Of a DNA stretch of 64,000 nucleotides, positions 9,381 to 18,349 are shown piece after piece. The stretch is from an uncultured Pseudomonadota bacterium. GTDB lineage: Bacteria > Pseudomonadota > Alphaproteobacteria > JACZXZ01. The stretch lies in contig CAVVLJ010000016.1 of the NCBI GenBank assembly GCA_963749075.1, positions 608,001 to 672,000 on the forward strand, read 5' to 3'. Numbering within the stretch: position 1 is the stretch's first letter; every line of letters begins with the position of its first letter. The position numbers and the translations under genes were made by a program. The notes under the pieces are model-generated. The model worked only from the letters and a program-made list of their open reading frames with translations. It did no database searches and had not been told where the DNA came from.

Positions 9381-10394
9381 GTGCCGCGAGAGAAATTCAC
9401 CATCGGCGTGGCGACGCCGTCCGGCATGGGGCCGGCCTATGCCTATCTGACGCCGGCCTTAGCACTCGGCTACGATCGGGAGGAGGGGCTCGAGTTCGCC
9501 TTCTTCCAGGGCGGCGAGCCGGGTGCCACGGCCGAGAGCCTAGCTGCCGGCGCCTGCGACATCGCCTGCCTCAACACAATCGTGGGCTTCCTCGGGCGCG
9601 AGCAAGGCCTGCCCATGCTGGCGGTCGGCAGCAAGGCGCGGCGCGCGCACCGCTATTTCGCGGTGCTGCCGCAGAGCCCGGCGGCCGCCCTCCCCGATCT
9701 CGCCGGCAAGCGCATCGCCTGCGATTTTGAGCACCTTCATCCGCTAGCCGAGGCCGCGCTCGCGGAGGAGGGCGTGGCAAGCGGCGGCTTCCAATGGGTG
9801 CCCTGGCGCGGCTCGGGCATGGAAGCGCACGGCATGGTCGAGCCGCTCCGCCGCGGCGAGGTCGACGCGCTCTTCCTCATGGACTGGAACGACGGCGACT
9901 TCCGGGCGGAGGGTCTACCGCTCCGCCATCTCCGCTCGCGGCTCCTCGAGCGCATCCGCGTCTCCTCCTGCTACTGGACCACGGAAACCAACTTCGCCGC
10001 TCATGGCGAGCGCCTCGCACGCGGCTTGAGGGCGATCCAGAAGAGCCTGGTCTACTCCTTCGCCAACCCCGAGGCAGCGCTCAAGGCCATGTGGCAGACC
10101 CATCCGGAGACGCGGCCGCCTCCCGCTTCCCACGCGGCCGTGCTGCGCCGCGATCTCGCCGTGCTCGAGGCCTGCCTCGAGCCGATGCGCATCGACCCGG
10201 GCGATTCCGATCCGCGCTGGTGTGCGATCCCGGCCGAGGAGATGGCGGCCTGGCAGGCGTTCCTCGTCCGCTCGGGTGCCATCGGTCCCGGATTCGAGCT
10301 CGCGCGCTGCTATACGACGGCGCTCGTGAGTACGATCAACGATTTCGACGCGGCGCCCATTCTGCGGGCGGCCGCCGGCAGCCCTTTATCCTGA
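9381..10394 (+). CDS. NMT1/THI5/SsuA-like substrate-binding-fold protein, no evident signal peptide
   Basis: ALGYDREEGL, DLAGKRIA, LRRGEVDA and NPEAA patterns; GTG start at 9381 follows the upstream stop. Confidence 0.75.
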   Translation: MPREKFTIGVATPSGMGPAYAYLTPALALGYDREEGLEFAFFQGGEPGATAESLAAGACDIACLNTIVGFLGREQGLPMLAVGSKARRAHRYFAVLPQSPAAALPDLAGKRIACDFEHLHPLAEAALAEEGVASGGFQWVPWRGSGMEAHGMVEPLRRGEVDALFLMDWNDGDFRAEGLPLRHLRSRLLERIRVSSCYWTTETNFAAHGERLARGLRAIQKSLVYSFANPEAALKAMWQTHPETRPPPASHAAVLRRDLAVLEACLEPMRIDPGDSDPRWCAIPAEEMAAWQAFLVRSGAIGPGFELARCYTTALVSTINDFDAAPILRAAAGSPLS

Positions 10395-10409
10395 GGTCAA
10401 AAAGCGCCC

Positions 10410-11423
10410 ATGACCGACCATGCGATCTTTCAGCTCGGCGACATCCGGCTGCAATCCGGCGAGACGCTCGAGCGCGCGTTCCTCGCCTACAAGACCTACG
10501 GCACGCTCGACGCCAGGCGCTCGAACGCGATCCTCTATGCGACGCCCTTCGGCGCCCAGCATAGCGACACCGAGTGGATGATCGGCACCGGCATGGCGCT
10601 CGACCCCGAGCGCTATTTCATCGTGACGCCGAACATGTTCGGCAACGGGCTCTCGAGCTCGCCGAGCAATGCTCAGGCGCCTTACGACAAGGGCCGCTTC
10701 CCCAAGCTCACGCTCTACGACAACGTGGTGCAGCAGCAGCGACTGCTCGCCGAGGCGCTCGGCATCGAGCGCCTCCGCCTCGTGCTCGGCTTCTCCATGG
10801 GCGCGCAGCAGGCCTTCCATTGGGCTGCCGTCTTCCCCGAGCGGGTCGCGCGCCTGGCCGCCATCTGCGGCTCGGCCAGGACCGCGCGGCACAACTTCGT
10901 TTTTCTCGAGAGCGTCAAGGCAGCACTCACCGCCGATGGCGCGTGGCGGGACGGCTGGTTCCCCGAGCCTCCCGTGCGCGGCCTCCGTGCTGCCGCCCGC
11001 GCCTTCGCCGCCTGGGCGCTCTCGCAGGCCTTCTACCGCGAGAAGGTCTACGAGCGGCTCGGCTTCGCCACCATCGAGGAGTTCCTCGAGAAGGCATTTG
11101 ACGCCAACATGCTAAAGCGCGACGCCAACAACGTGATGGCGATGCTGTGGAGCTGGCAACAGGCCGACATCAGCGCCAACGCGCTCTACGGCGGCGATCT
11201 CGACAAGGCGCTCGGCGCCATCCGCGCCAAGGCTTTCGTGATGCCGAGCGAGACCGACTGCTACTTTCCCGTCGAGGACAGCCGCCTCGAGACGGCCCGC
11301 ATGCCCAATGCCGAGCTCCGCCCCATCCCCTCCATCTGGGGCCACCGCGCCGGCAATCCGCTGCAGAGCCCCGAGGACGCCCGCTTCCTCAACGACGCTT
11401 TGCGCGAGCTCCTTGCGTCCTAG
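10410..11423 (+). CDS. Homoserine-acetyltransferase-like alpha/beta hydrolase (MekB/CgHle-type esterase-like)
   Basis: [30 protein letters not shown] nucleophile elbow, D(TDCYF), H(WGH). Confidence 0.85.
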   Translation: MTDHAIFQLGDIRLQSGETLERAFLAYKTYGTLDARRSNAILYATPFGAQHSDTEWMIGTGMALDPERYFIVTPNMFGNGLSSSPSNAQAPYDKGRFPKLTLYDNVVQQQRLLAEALGIERLRLVLGFSMGAQQAFHWAAVFPERVARLAAICGSARTARHNFVFLESVKAALTADGAWRDGWFPEPPVRGLRAAARAFAAWALSQAFYREKVYERLGFATIEEFLEKAFDANMLKRDANNVMAMLWSWQQADISANALYGGDLDKALGAIRAKAFVMPSETDCYFPVEDSRLETARMPNAELRPIPSIWGHRAGNPLQSPEDARFLNDALRELLAS

Positions 11424-11473
11424 CGCCGCCGCGGCCATCATGGCCGCATAAGCCTTTAGGGAAGGGAAAAACC

Positions 11474-12262
11474 ATGACACGGAACGGGACGGTCGCGGCG
11501 ATTGCGCTGGGCGTACTGCTGGCGGCGGCGGCCGCGACGGCGGCGCGGGCCCAGGACGATCTCCTCAAGACGATCAAGGACCGCGGCGTGATGCGCGTCT
11601 GCGACGTGGATTACCGCCCATGGAACATCAAGAATCCCGCCACCAACGAATGGGAGGGCATCAACGTCGACCTCGTGCAGATCATCGCGAGCCAGCTCAA
11701 GGTGAAGCTCGAGCATGTGGATGCCACTTGGGCGACGGTCATCCCCAGCATCCAGACGAAGAAGTGCGACTTCTCCGCCTCCGGCCTCTACGTCTCGCCG
11801 GCGCGCGCCGAGCTCGTGACCTTCACCCAGCCCATCGCCCATGACGGCATCAGTATCTTCGTGCCCAAGGACTCGACGGCCAAGACCCCGGCCGACGTGG
11901 ATCAGGCCGGCAAGACCATCGTGGCGCGCTCGGGCAGCTTCGAGGAGAGCTTCGCCAGGCAGTTCTTCAAGCATGCGACGGTCAAGGCGCTCACCGCCGA
12001 CGGCACGGGCGTCGTCCTCCTCGAGGTCGCCGCCGGGCGCGCCGACGCGGCGATCGGCGGCTACTACGGCAACATGGATTTTCTCAAGGCCAACGCGAAC
12101 GTGAAGGTGCGGCTGCTCTCGGACGAGCTCCTGACCCGCACGCCCATCGCCTTCGCCGTGCCGGCGAAGGAGTATTTCTTCCGCGACTACCTCGACGAGG
12201 TGCTGCTGACCCTCGAGGAGAACAACAAGATCAAGGAGATACTCGCCAAGTGGACGTACTAG
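11474..12262 (+). CDS. Polar amino-acid ABC transporter substrate-binding protein
   Basis: Signal peptide; LKTIKDRGVMRV, EGINVDL, YVSPARAELVTF (SBP family 3). Confidence 0.92.
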   Translation: MTRNGTVAAIALGVLLAAAAATAARAQDDLLKTIKDRGVMRVCDVDYRPWNIKNPATNEWEGINVDLVQIIASQLKVKLEHVDATWATVIPSIQTKKCDFSASGLYVSPARAELVTFTQPIAHDGISIFVPKDSTAKTPADVDQAGKTIVARSGSFEESFARQFFKHATVKALTADGTGVVLLEVAAGRADAAIGGYYGNMDFLKANANVKVRLLSDELLTRTPIAFAVPAKEYFFRDYLDEVLLTLEENNKIKEILAKWTY

Positions 12263-12301
12263 CGCGGGGGCGTGCGCAGCGCTAGAGAGGGAGCCGCGCG
12301 C

Positions 12302-13096
12302 ATGAGCGTCGCCGCTGGGAGGACGCGCACGGCGCGACCGGCCGGCTCCTTTCTTCTCTCCTCGGTTCTGCCGGCGGCGCTGATGCTCGCCCTCTTGGGC
12401 TGGCTCGCGAGCGGGGTGAACTGGTCGTTCGTCGAGAGCCTCGATTTCTCGGTGATCTACACCTACCGAGTGGCACTCCTCGAGGGCCTGCTCAACACGG
12501 TTCTCATCACCACGTTCTCGCTCCTCATCGGCCTCGCCCTCGGCTTTCTCTTCGCCTGCCTCCTCCATGCGCCCGCGCCGCCGCTGCGCTGGCTCATCCT
12601 CGCCTATATCGAGGTGCTGCGCGATACGCCGCTCGTGGTGGCGCTCTTCTGGATCCATTTTGCGCTTCCCGTGGTGACCGGGATCAGCACCACGGCGTTC
12701 GAGAGCGGCTTCATCGCCATGGCGCTGCAATCGAGCGCCTATCTCGCCGACGTGGCGCGCGCCGGCATCCAGGCGGTGCCGCGCGGCCAATGGGACGCGG
12801 CCGACGCGCTCGGGCTGCAGCGCCGCTGGAAATGGCTCGCCGTCGTGCTGCCCCAGGCGCTCAAGATCGTCGTCCCGCCGCTCGCCAACATAGCGCTCGG
12901 CTATTTCAAGGCGAGCTCGGTCCTGGCCCTCCTTGCGGTAGGCGAGCTCATGACGGTGGCGGCGCGGGTCAGCACCTACTCCTTCAAGCCGATCGAGACC
13001 TTGACCACGGTTGGGTTCGTCTATCTCTGCCTCGGCTATTTCCTAAGCTCGCTCACCTACCGGCTCGAGCGGGTCTTCAACAGGAGTCGGAGCTGA
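12302..13096 (+). CDS. Amino-acid ABC transporter permease (HisM/GlnP family)
   Basis: YIEVLRDTPL and the EAA-type loop RAGIQAVPRGQWDAADALGL. Confidence 0.92.
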   Translation: MSVAAGRTRTARPAGSFLLSSVLPAALMLALLGWLASGVNWSFVESLDFSVIYTYRVALLEGLLNTVLITTFSLLIGLALGFLFACLLHAPAPPLRWLILAYIEVLRDTPLVVALFWIHFALPVVTGISTTAFESGFIAMALQSSAYLADVARAGIQAVPRGQWDAADALGLQRRWKWLAVVLPQALKIVVPPLANIALGYFKASSVLALLAVGELMTVAARVSTYSFKPIETLTTVGFVYLCLGYFLSSLTYRLERVFNRSRS

Positions 13097-13097
13097 G

Positions 13098-13760
13098 ATG
13101 ACGTTCGATATTTCCATCGTCTGGCAGAGCCTGCCGGCGCTTGCCGCCGGCGCCTGGCTGACGGCGGCGCTCGTCGTGGTGTCGCTCGCCATCGGCATCG
13201 CCATTGGCCTCCTCGTCTGCGCCGGCACGCTCGGCGGGCAGGGCATGGTGCGCCGGCTCGCCGTCGGCTACGTCGGCCTTTTCCGCGGCCTCCCGGAGAC
13301 GCTCATCATCTTCTGGCTCTATTACTGCGGCCCGCTCATCCTCGACGTCAAGCTCAGCGCCTTCGCGACCGGCACCGCGGCGCTCGCTATCCCCTCCGGC
13401 GCCTATTTGGCCGAGGTCTTCCGCGCCGGCATCCAGGCGGTGCCTAAGGGACACGTCGAGGCGGCGCGCGCGCTCGGGCTCTCCCGCTTCTGGGTCATGT
13501 GGAGCGTGATAGCACCCCAGGCGCTGCGCATGATGATCCCGGCCTTCCTCGGCGTCGTCACCATCCTCATCAAGAATTCCGCGCTCGTCTCGGCGATCGG
13601 CGTCGAGGAGCTGTTCTACCGGGCGACCGTGCTGGCCGGCCGCAACTTCCACCATTTCGAGCTCTTGACCGCCGCCGCCATCGTCTATTTCGCCCTCATC
13701 CTGCCGTTCAGCCTCGCAGTACAGCGCCAGGAGCGGCGCCTCCTCGCCAAGGTCCGCTGA
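13098..13760 (+). CDS. Amino-acid ABC transporter permease (HisM/GlnP family)
   Basis: YVGLFRGLP, AYLAEVFRAGIQAVPKGHVEAARALGL, IKNSALVSAIGVEEL. Confidence 0.93.
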   Translation: MTFDISIVWQSLPALAAGAWLTAALVVVSLAIGIAIGLLVCAGTLGGQGMVRRLAVGYVGLFRGLPETLIIFWLYYCGPLILDVKLSAFATGTAALAIPSGAYLAEVFRAGIQAVPKGHVEAARALGLSRFWVMWSVIAPQALRMMIPAFLGVVTILIKNSALVSAIGVEELFYRATVLAGRNFHHFELLTAAAIVYFALILPFSLAVQRQERRLLAKVR

Positions 13761-13842
13761 CGGCGGACGCGGCGTCCGGCTGTCGCCCGCTTGCCGCAGC
13801 CGCTAGAGTCATGCGCTGGCTCGCAGGACGGGGAGGCTCGGC

Positions 13843-14604
13843 ATGCGCGACGCGGCACCATTGAGCGGGCAGGTCGCCATCGTCACCGGCGCGGCCCAGG
13901 GCATCGGGCGCGGCATAGCGCTCGTGCTGGCGGAGGCCGGTGCGCGCGTCGTCATCGGCGATCTGCAGCAGGCCGGCGGCACGCTCGGCGATATCGCCGC
14001 CGCCGGCGGCGAGGCCGCAGCCATGGCGATGGACGTGAGCCGGCCGGCAGAGGCCGAGGCGCTCGTGGCGCTGGCGCTCCAGCACTACGGCCGCCTCGAC
14101 GTGCTCGTCAATAATGCCGGCATCGACGCGCCCAGCGGCAACGCCTGGGATCTGCCCGATGCGGAGTGGCAGAGGACCATCGACGTCAATCTAAGCGGCG
14201 TCTTCTACTGCTCGCGGGCGGCTCTCGCGCCCATGCTCGGGGCCGGGCGAGGCTCGATCGTCAACCTCAGCTCCCAGGTGGCGCGCGTCGGCCGTGCCGG
14301 CATGTCGCCCGCCTATAACGCCTCCAAGGCGGGCGTCATCGGGCTCACCGTCGCCTTCTCGGCCCAGGTGGCGGAGCGCGGCGTGCGCGTCAATGCCATC
14401 CTACCGGGACTCGTCGAATCGCGCGACTTCGGCTGGTCGCCGGAGCTGCGCTCGGCGCGGGCTGCCGAGTATCCGCTCGGCCTCGGCACGCCGCGCGACG
14501 TGGGCGAGGCGGTGCTCTATCTCGCAAGCCCGGCCGCGCGCTGGGTCTCGGGCTCGCTTCTTCACGTCGCGGGCGGCTACCAGCGCCCGGCGGCATGGCT
14601 CTGA
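13843..14604 (+). CDS. Short-chain dehydrogenase/reductase (SDR)
   Basis: TGAAQGIG, LVNNAG, YNASK. Confidence 0.95.
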   Translation: MRDAAPLSGQVAIVTGAAQGIGRGIALVLAEAGARVVIGDLQQAGGTLGDIAAAGGEAAAMAMDVSRPAEAEALVALALQHYGRLDVLVNNAGIDAPSGNAWDLPDAEWQRTIDVNLSGVFYCSRAALAPMLGAGRGSIVNLSSQVARVGRAGMSPAYNASKAGVIGLTVAFSAQVAERGVRVNAILPGLVESRDFGWSPELRSARAAEYPLGLGTPRDVGEAVLYLASPAARWVSGSLLHVAGGYQRPAAWL

Positions 14605-14616
14605 GACGCGCCGCCG

Positions 14617-15345
14617 TCAGGGCGCCAGGCACTCCGCCGTGAGCGCGACGAGGTCGAAGGATTCGAACAGCTCGTTGTCGAGCGGGCCCGTACGCCAGTC
14701 GCGCAAAGGGCGGTGGCCGCTCGCGATGAGGAAGCGGTGCTCCTTTCCGGCGACTGCCCAGAGCTCGTCGTAATTGACCCACATCTGGCCGCCCGCGGGG
14801 CTCTGCACGATGGACTGCTTGCCTGGCCGCCCGAGGAGACGCTCGAACTCGGCGACGGCAATACCCTTGCCCGCCCTGGCGGCATCCTTCTTGAGGATGG
14901 TCGCGTCCAGGACCGCGAACGGTACTGAGGGTAGCTCGCCGCGGCAGAGATCGCAGCCGCAGGAAATTGTCTCCTGCCAAGCACCGCTCACCTTTTCGTC
15001 GGCATCATAGTCGATGTGGTAGGACCGCTCGTTCGCCGCCGAAAGGCGGTAGATATCGATGCGTCCGGTCTGGCCGGAGCCGGGATAATAGATGGCGGCC
15101 GAGTAGCCGGGCTCGCCGAGAAGTGCGATCATCTCGCTGCGCGCCTTGCCGCGAACCTCCGTCGCAGCCGCGAACTGATGTAGGAGCGCCTCGCGCGACC
15201 AGCTCCGCCCCCCTGTCTGCGGCGTCTGGCGCCAGACTTCGGGCGAGAATTGCGGAGGCGCTTCGTCCCCCCGCCCATCGGCCGAGAGGAGGAGCACCGC
15301 AAGTGGCAGTATGAGAAGCCAGCGACCGGATGCTGCGCGCGTCAT
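14617..15345 (-). CDS. Exported hypothetical protein with two BamE/SmpA-like half-repeats
   Basis: Signal-like N-terminus; GKARSEMIALLGEPG and GIAVAEFERLLGRPG; CGCDLC linker. Confidence 0.6.
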   Translation of the reverse strand: MTRAASGRWLLILPLAVLLLSADGRGDEAPPQFSPEVWRQTPQTGGRSWSREALLHQFAAATEVRGKARSEMIALLGEPGYSAAIYYPGSGQTGRIDIYRLSAANERSYHIDYDADEKVSGAWQETISCGCDLCRGELPSVPFAVLDATILKKDAARAGKGIAVAEFERLLGRPGKQSIVQSPAGGQMWVNYDELWAVAGKEHRFLIASGHRPLRDWRTGPLDNELFESFDLVALTAECLAP

Positions 15346-15547
15346 GAGTCCGCTCTCCGCCGGTGGTGGAGCAACTGGCGTCGGGTAAGGCCCGCCGGAG
15401 GACGATCATAGCCAACTCCGTCCTCTCACCGAAGCGTGACCTGCAAAGTACCCGAGCTTGCCGCGTTGACGCTCCGATGGACGCGTCCTAGTGTCGCGAG
15501 ATCGGGACGAGCTCGATAGCTCCTGGCAGGGGGCCGGAGGGGCGGGC

Positions 15548-16342
15548 ATGCAAACGACGTACGAGACGATCCTCGCGGAGATGGTGGGACCGGGCCTGCT
15601 GCTCGTGACGCTCAACCGGCCCGAGGTCGGCAACGCCAAGAACACCCAGATGGGACGCGAGCTCCTCGCCCTCTGGAGCGGCCTCATCGCGGAGCCGGGC
15701 GAGGTGCGCGCCGTGGTCCTCTCGGGTGCCGGCAGGCGCATCTTCTGCGCCGGCGGCGACCTCAAGGAGCGCAACGGCATGACCCAGGCGCAATGGCAGG
15801 CGCAGCACGAGATCTTCGAGCGCTGCTATTGGGCGCTCCTCGACTGCCCGGCGCCGGTCATCGCTGCGGTCAACGGCCACGCCTTCGGCGGCGGCATGGA
15901 GATGGTGCTGGCCTGCGATTTCGCTTATGCCGTGCGTACCGCGCGCTTCGCCTTGCCCGAGGTCACGCTCGGCATCATGCCGGGTGCCGGCGGCACGCAG
16001 CTCATGCCGCGCGCGGCGGGCGAGCGCCGCGCCAAGGAGATCATCCTCACCGGAAAGCCCTTCAGCGCGGCTGAGGCCTACGAATGGGGCATCGTCAACC
16101 GCCTCTGCGAGCCGGAGGCGCTCATGAAGGAGGCGCTCGAGACCGCGGCGGCGATCGCCGCCAACGCGCCGCTCTCGGTGCGCCAGGCCAAGAAGTCGAT
16201 GCACGTCGGCCTGCAGCTCGACCTCAAGAACGCCTTCCTCTTCGAGATCGAGGCCTACAACCGCCTGGTGCCCACCGAGGACCGTCTCGAGGGCGTGCGC
16301 GCCTTCAACGAGAAGCGCAAGCCCGACTTCAAGGGACGGTAG
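15548..16342 (+). CDS. Enoyl-CoA hydratase/isomerase (crotonase) family
   Basis: FCAGGDLKE, IAAVNGHAFGGGMEMVLACD, PEVTLGIMPGAGGTQ. Confidence 0.95.
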   Translation: MQTTYETILAEMVGPGLLLVTLNRPEVGNAKNTQMGRELLALWSGLIAEPGEVRAVVLSGAGRRIFCAGGDLKERNGMTQAQWQAQHEIFERCYWALLDCPAPVIAAVNGHAFGGGMEMVLACDFAYAVRTARFALPEVTLGIMPGAGGTQLMPRAAGERRAKEIILTGKPFSAAEAYEWGIVNRLCEPEALMKEALETAAAIAANAPLSVRQAKKSMHVGLQLDLKNAFLFEIEAYNRLVPTEDRLEGVRAFNEKRKPDFKGR

Positions 16343-16345
16343 GTA

Positions 16346-16375
16346 TTGCTTGCGGCGGGGCGTGTCGTATATATT
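16346..16375 (+). promoter_or_regulatory. Putative sigma70 promoter of the lower-GC two-gene insert
   Basis: TTGCTT followed by TATATA/TATATT at 16-18 nt spacing, in an AT-rich patch. Confidence 0.45.
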
Positions 16376-16459
16376 AAAAGTAGAGATTCCCAGATGGCGA
16401 CATGGGTCGAAGCCGTTCCTGCGGGCTCGACCAATGAATATCGATGAGAGGAGTGTGGC

Positions 16460-16774
16460 ATGACGGTTCCGGACGCCATGGGCAAAACGACTGAAGGCGG
16501 CCCGTCCTTCGCCGAAAAGTCGCAGGCCGTACTGCAGGCGCTCAACGCCCCGAAATATGATTGGCGGACTGTTCGCGGCATCTCCTTAGAGACGGGCCTC
16601 GACGCTGCCGAAGTCATTGACATCTTGGCGCAGCTATCCGAGGACGATCAGGTCGTGAAATCGAACGTCCCCTCAAAGGAGGGGGTGGATTTATATACCG
16701 CGCGCCAAAGATTCCGCGAGAAAGGAAAATTCGGCGAGAAGTTGCTGGGCGCAATCAGAAATCGAGCGGTGTAG
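16460..16774 (+). CDS. Small winged-helix-like hypothetical protein
   Basis: ALNAPKYDWRTVRGISLETGLDAAEVIDIL is HTH-like; AGGAG SD; lower GC than flanks. Confidence 0.7.
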   Translation: MTVPDAMGKTTEGGPSFAEKSQAVLQALNAPKYDWRTVRGISLETGLDAAEVIDILAQLSEDDQVVKSNVPSKEGVDLYTARQRFREKGKFGEKLLGAIRNRAV

Positions 16775-16789
16775 TGCACCAACGGTGGG

Positions 16790-17122
16790 GTGAGACGCGT
16801 GCTCGAGGCAATACGGCCCTATATCAGCCAAGCTGTGATTTTGGCATTCCTCGGCGGCATTGCCCTTGATGCGCTGAATATCTGCGAGCTTCAGAATGTG
16901 CCGAAAGAGAGGCGGCCGAACTTCAAGGACGTCCTGTACTGGCTTCCATATATATTCTGGCCGATTTTAGGCGGATTTCTCGGTTACCTGTTCGATGATG
17001 ACAGGGCGCCGCTTAGCAAGATCGTCGCCTTTCAAATCGGATTGTCGGCGCCGTTGATCCTGCGCGCGCTCGCAAACGCTGTTCCTTCCGGAGTCCGCAA
17101 CGAGCTTCCGCCCGGCGCGTAA
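16790..17122 (+). CDS. Small 3-TM hypothetical membrane protein
   Basis: Hydrophobic segments AVILAFLGGIAL, YWLPYIFWPILGGFLGYLF and IVAFQIGLSAPLIL; lower GC. Confidence 0.7.
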   Translation: MRRVLEAIRPYISQAVILAFLGGIALDALNICELQNVPKERRPNFKDVLYWLPYIFWPILGGFLGYLFDDDRAPLSKIVAFQIGLSAPLILRALANAVPSGVRNELPPGA

Positions 17123-17139
17123 CGGCCATCGCGGCAGCG

Positions 17140-18348
17140 TCAGACAAAAGTCGCGTCCGCCTCGAGGCCGAGGAGGTGCTTGCCCACCGTCTCGAAGTGG
17201 GAGCGGCGGCCCTGGAGCTGCTGCGCCACGGTGTGGATGTCGCGGAAGCGGCGCTCGAAGGCGTTGCTCTCGAAGATCGCGGTGGCGCCGGCGGCGTGGT
17301 AGGCGGCGTCCGCCACGCGCACCGCCTCCTGGATGGCGTGGGTCGCGGCGAGACGGATCGCCATGCGCTGCTCGAGGGTGACGAGGTTGGCGGGCTCGAC
17401 GGCGCGCCAGATCTCGTCGAGCGTGCCGAGGAGATACATGCGGGCGCCGCGCAGCCGCGCCTCCGCCTCCGCGATCTCGCTCTGCACCACGGCGCTCAAG
17501 CGCAGCTTGCTCTTGTAGCCGCGCGGCGTCTTCTCGGCCGTCAGCGCCACGAAGGCGTCGAGCAGGCTGCGCGCGAGCCCGAGGGCGACGCAGGCGAAGC
17601 CGCAGGCGAAGATGCTGTTGCTCGGCACGGCGTACAAGGCGCCCTGGTAGCGCCGCTCGGACTGCTCGTCGCGCGCCACGCTGTAGGCCGCCGGCACGAA
17701 GAGGTCGGTGAGCCTGTAGGCGTCGCTCGCCGTGCCGCGCAAGCCGATGACGCGCCAGATGTCGCTCATCGGCGCCTCCGCCGCGGGGAACAGCATGGTG
17801 CGTCCTGCTGCCGTGCCGTTGGCCGCGCGCCGCTCGCTGCCGTTGGCCTCGAAGATCGGGCAATAGGCGCCGAGCCAGGTGGCGTGCCGCCCGCCGCTGG
17901 CAAAGGCGAAGGAGCCGCTCACCTTGTAGCCGCCCTCGACGGCGACGGCCCGCGCGCCGGGCCCGGGCCCCCAGGCGAGCACCGCCTTGCGGTCGCGCGC
18001 GAAGATGTCGCGCGCGGCCTCCGGCGGGAGGAAGGCGGCGACCATGGCGCAGACGCCGTTCTGGCAGAGGCACCAGGCGGTGCTCGCGTCGTGCTTGGCG
18101 ACCGCCTCGATCACGCCCACGAAGGCGGGCGGCGCCAACTCCGCACCTCCGAACGGCCGCGGCAGGAGCAGGCGGAACAGGCCCGACTCGTAGAAGGCGG
18201 CGAGCAGCGCCTCGGGGAGCCTGCGCTGGCGCTCGATCTCATCGGCCGAGGCGGCGACAAGCGGCAGCAGCGCCTCGACCTTAGCGGCGATATCCGCCAC
18301 CGCGTGGCGGGGCGCCGCACCCTCGGCCTTGAGCGCCTCAACCGTCAT
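17140..18348 (-). CDS. Acyl-CoA-dehydrogenase-fold flavin-dependent hydroxylase (HsaA/C2-HpaH-like)
   Basis: SGLFRLLLPRPFGGAE, DASTAW, FASGGRHATW, GLRGTAS, FERRFRDIH; start MTVEAL at 18348. Confidence 0.88.
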   Translation of the reverse strand: MTVEALKAEGAAPRHAVADIAAKVEALLPLVAASADEIERQRRLPEALLAAFYESGLFRLLLPRPFGGAELAPPAFVGVIEAVAKHDASTAWCLCQNGVCAMVAAFLPPEAARDIFARDRKAVLAWGPGPGARAVAVEGGYKVSGSFAFASGGRHATWLGAYCPIFEANGSERRAANGTAAGRTMLFPAAEAPMSDIWRVIGLRGTASDAYRLTDLFVPAAYSVARDEQSERRYQGALYAVPSNSIFACGFACVALGLARSLLDAFVALTAEKTPRGYKSKLRLSAVVQSEIAEAEARLRGARMYLLGTLDEIWRAVEPANLVTLEQRMAIRLAATHAIQEAVRVADAAYHAAGATAIFESNAFERRFRDIHTVAQQLQGRRSHFETVGKHLLGLEADATFV

Positions 18349-18349
18349 C

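Noticed and set aside
10410-11423. Gene symbol metX
   Set aside because: Lacks the HALTG and GGSMGG motifs typical of true homoserine acetyltransferases; better described as an esterase-like paralog
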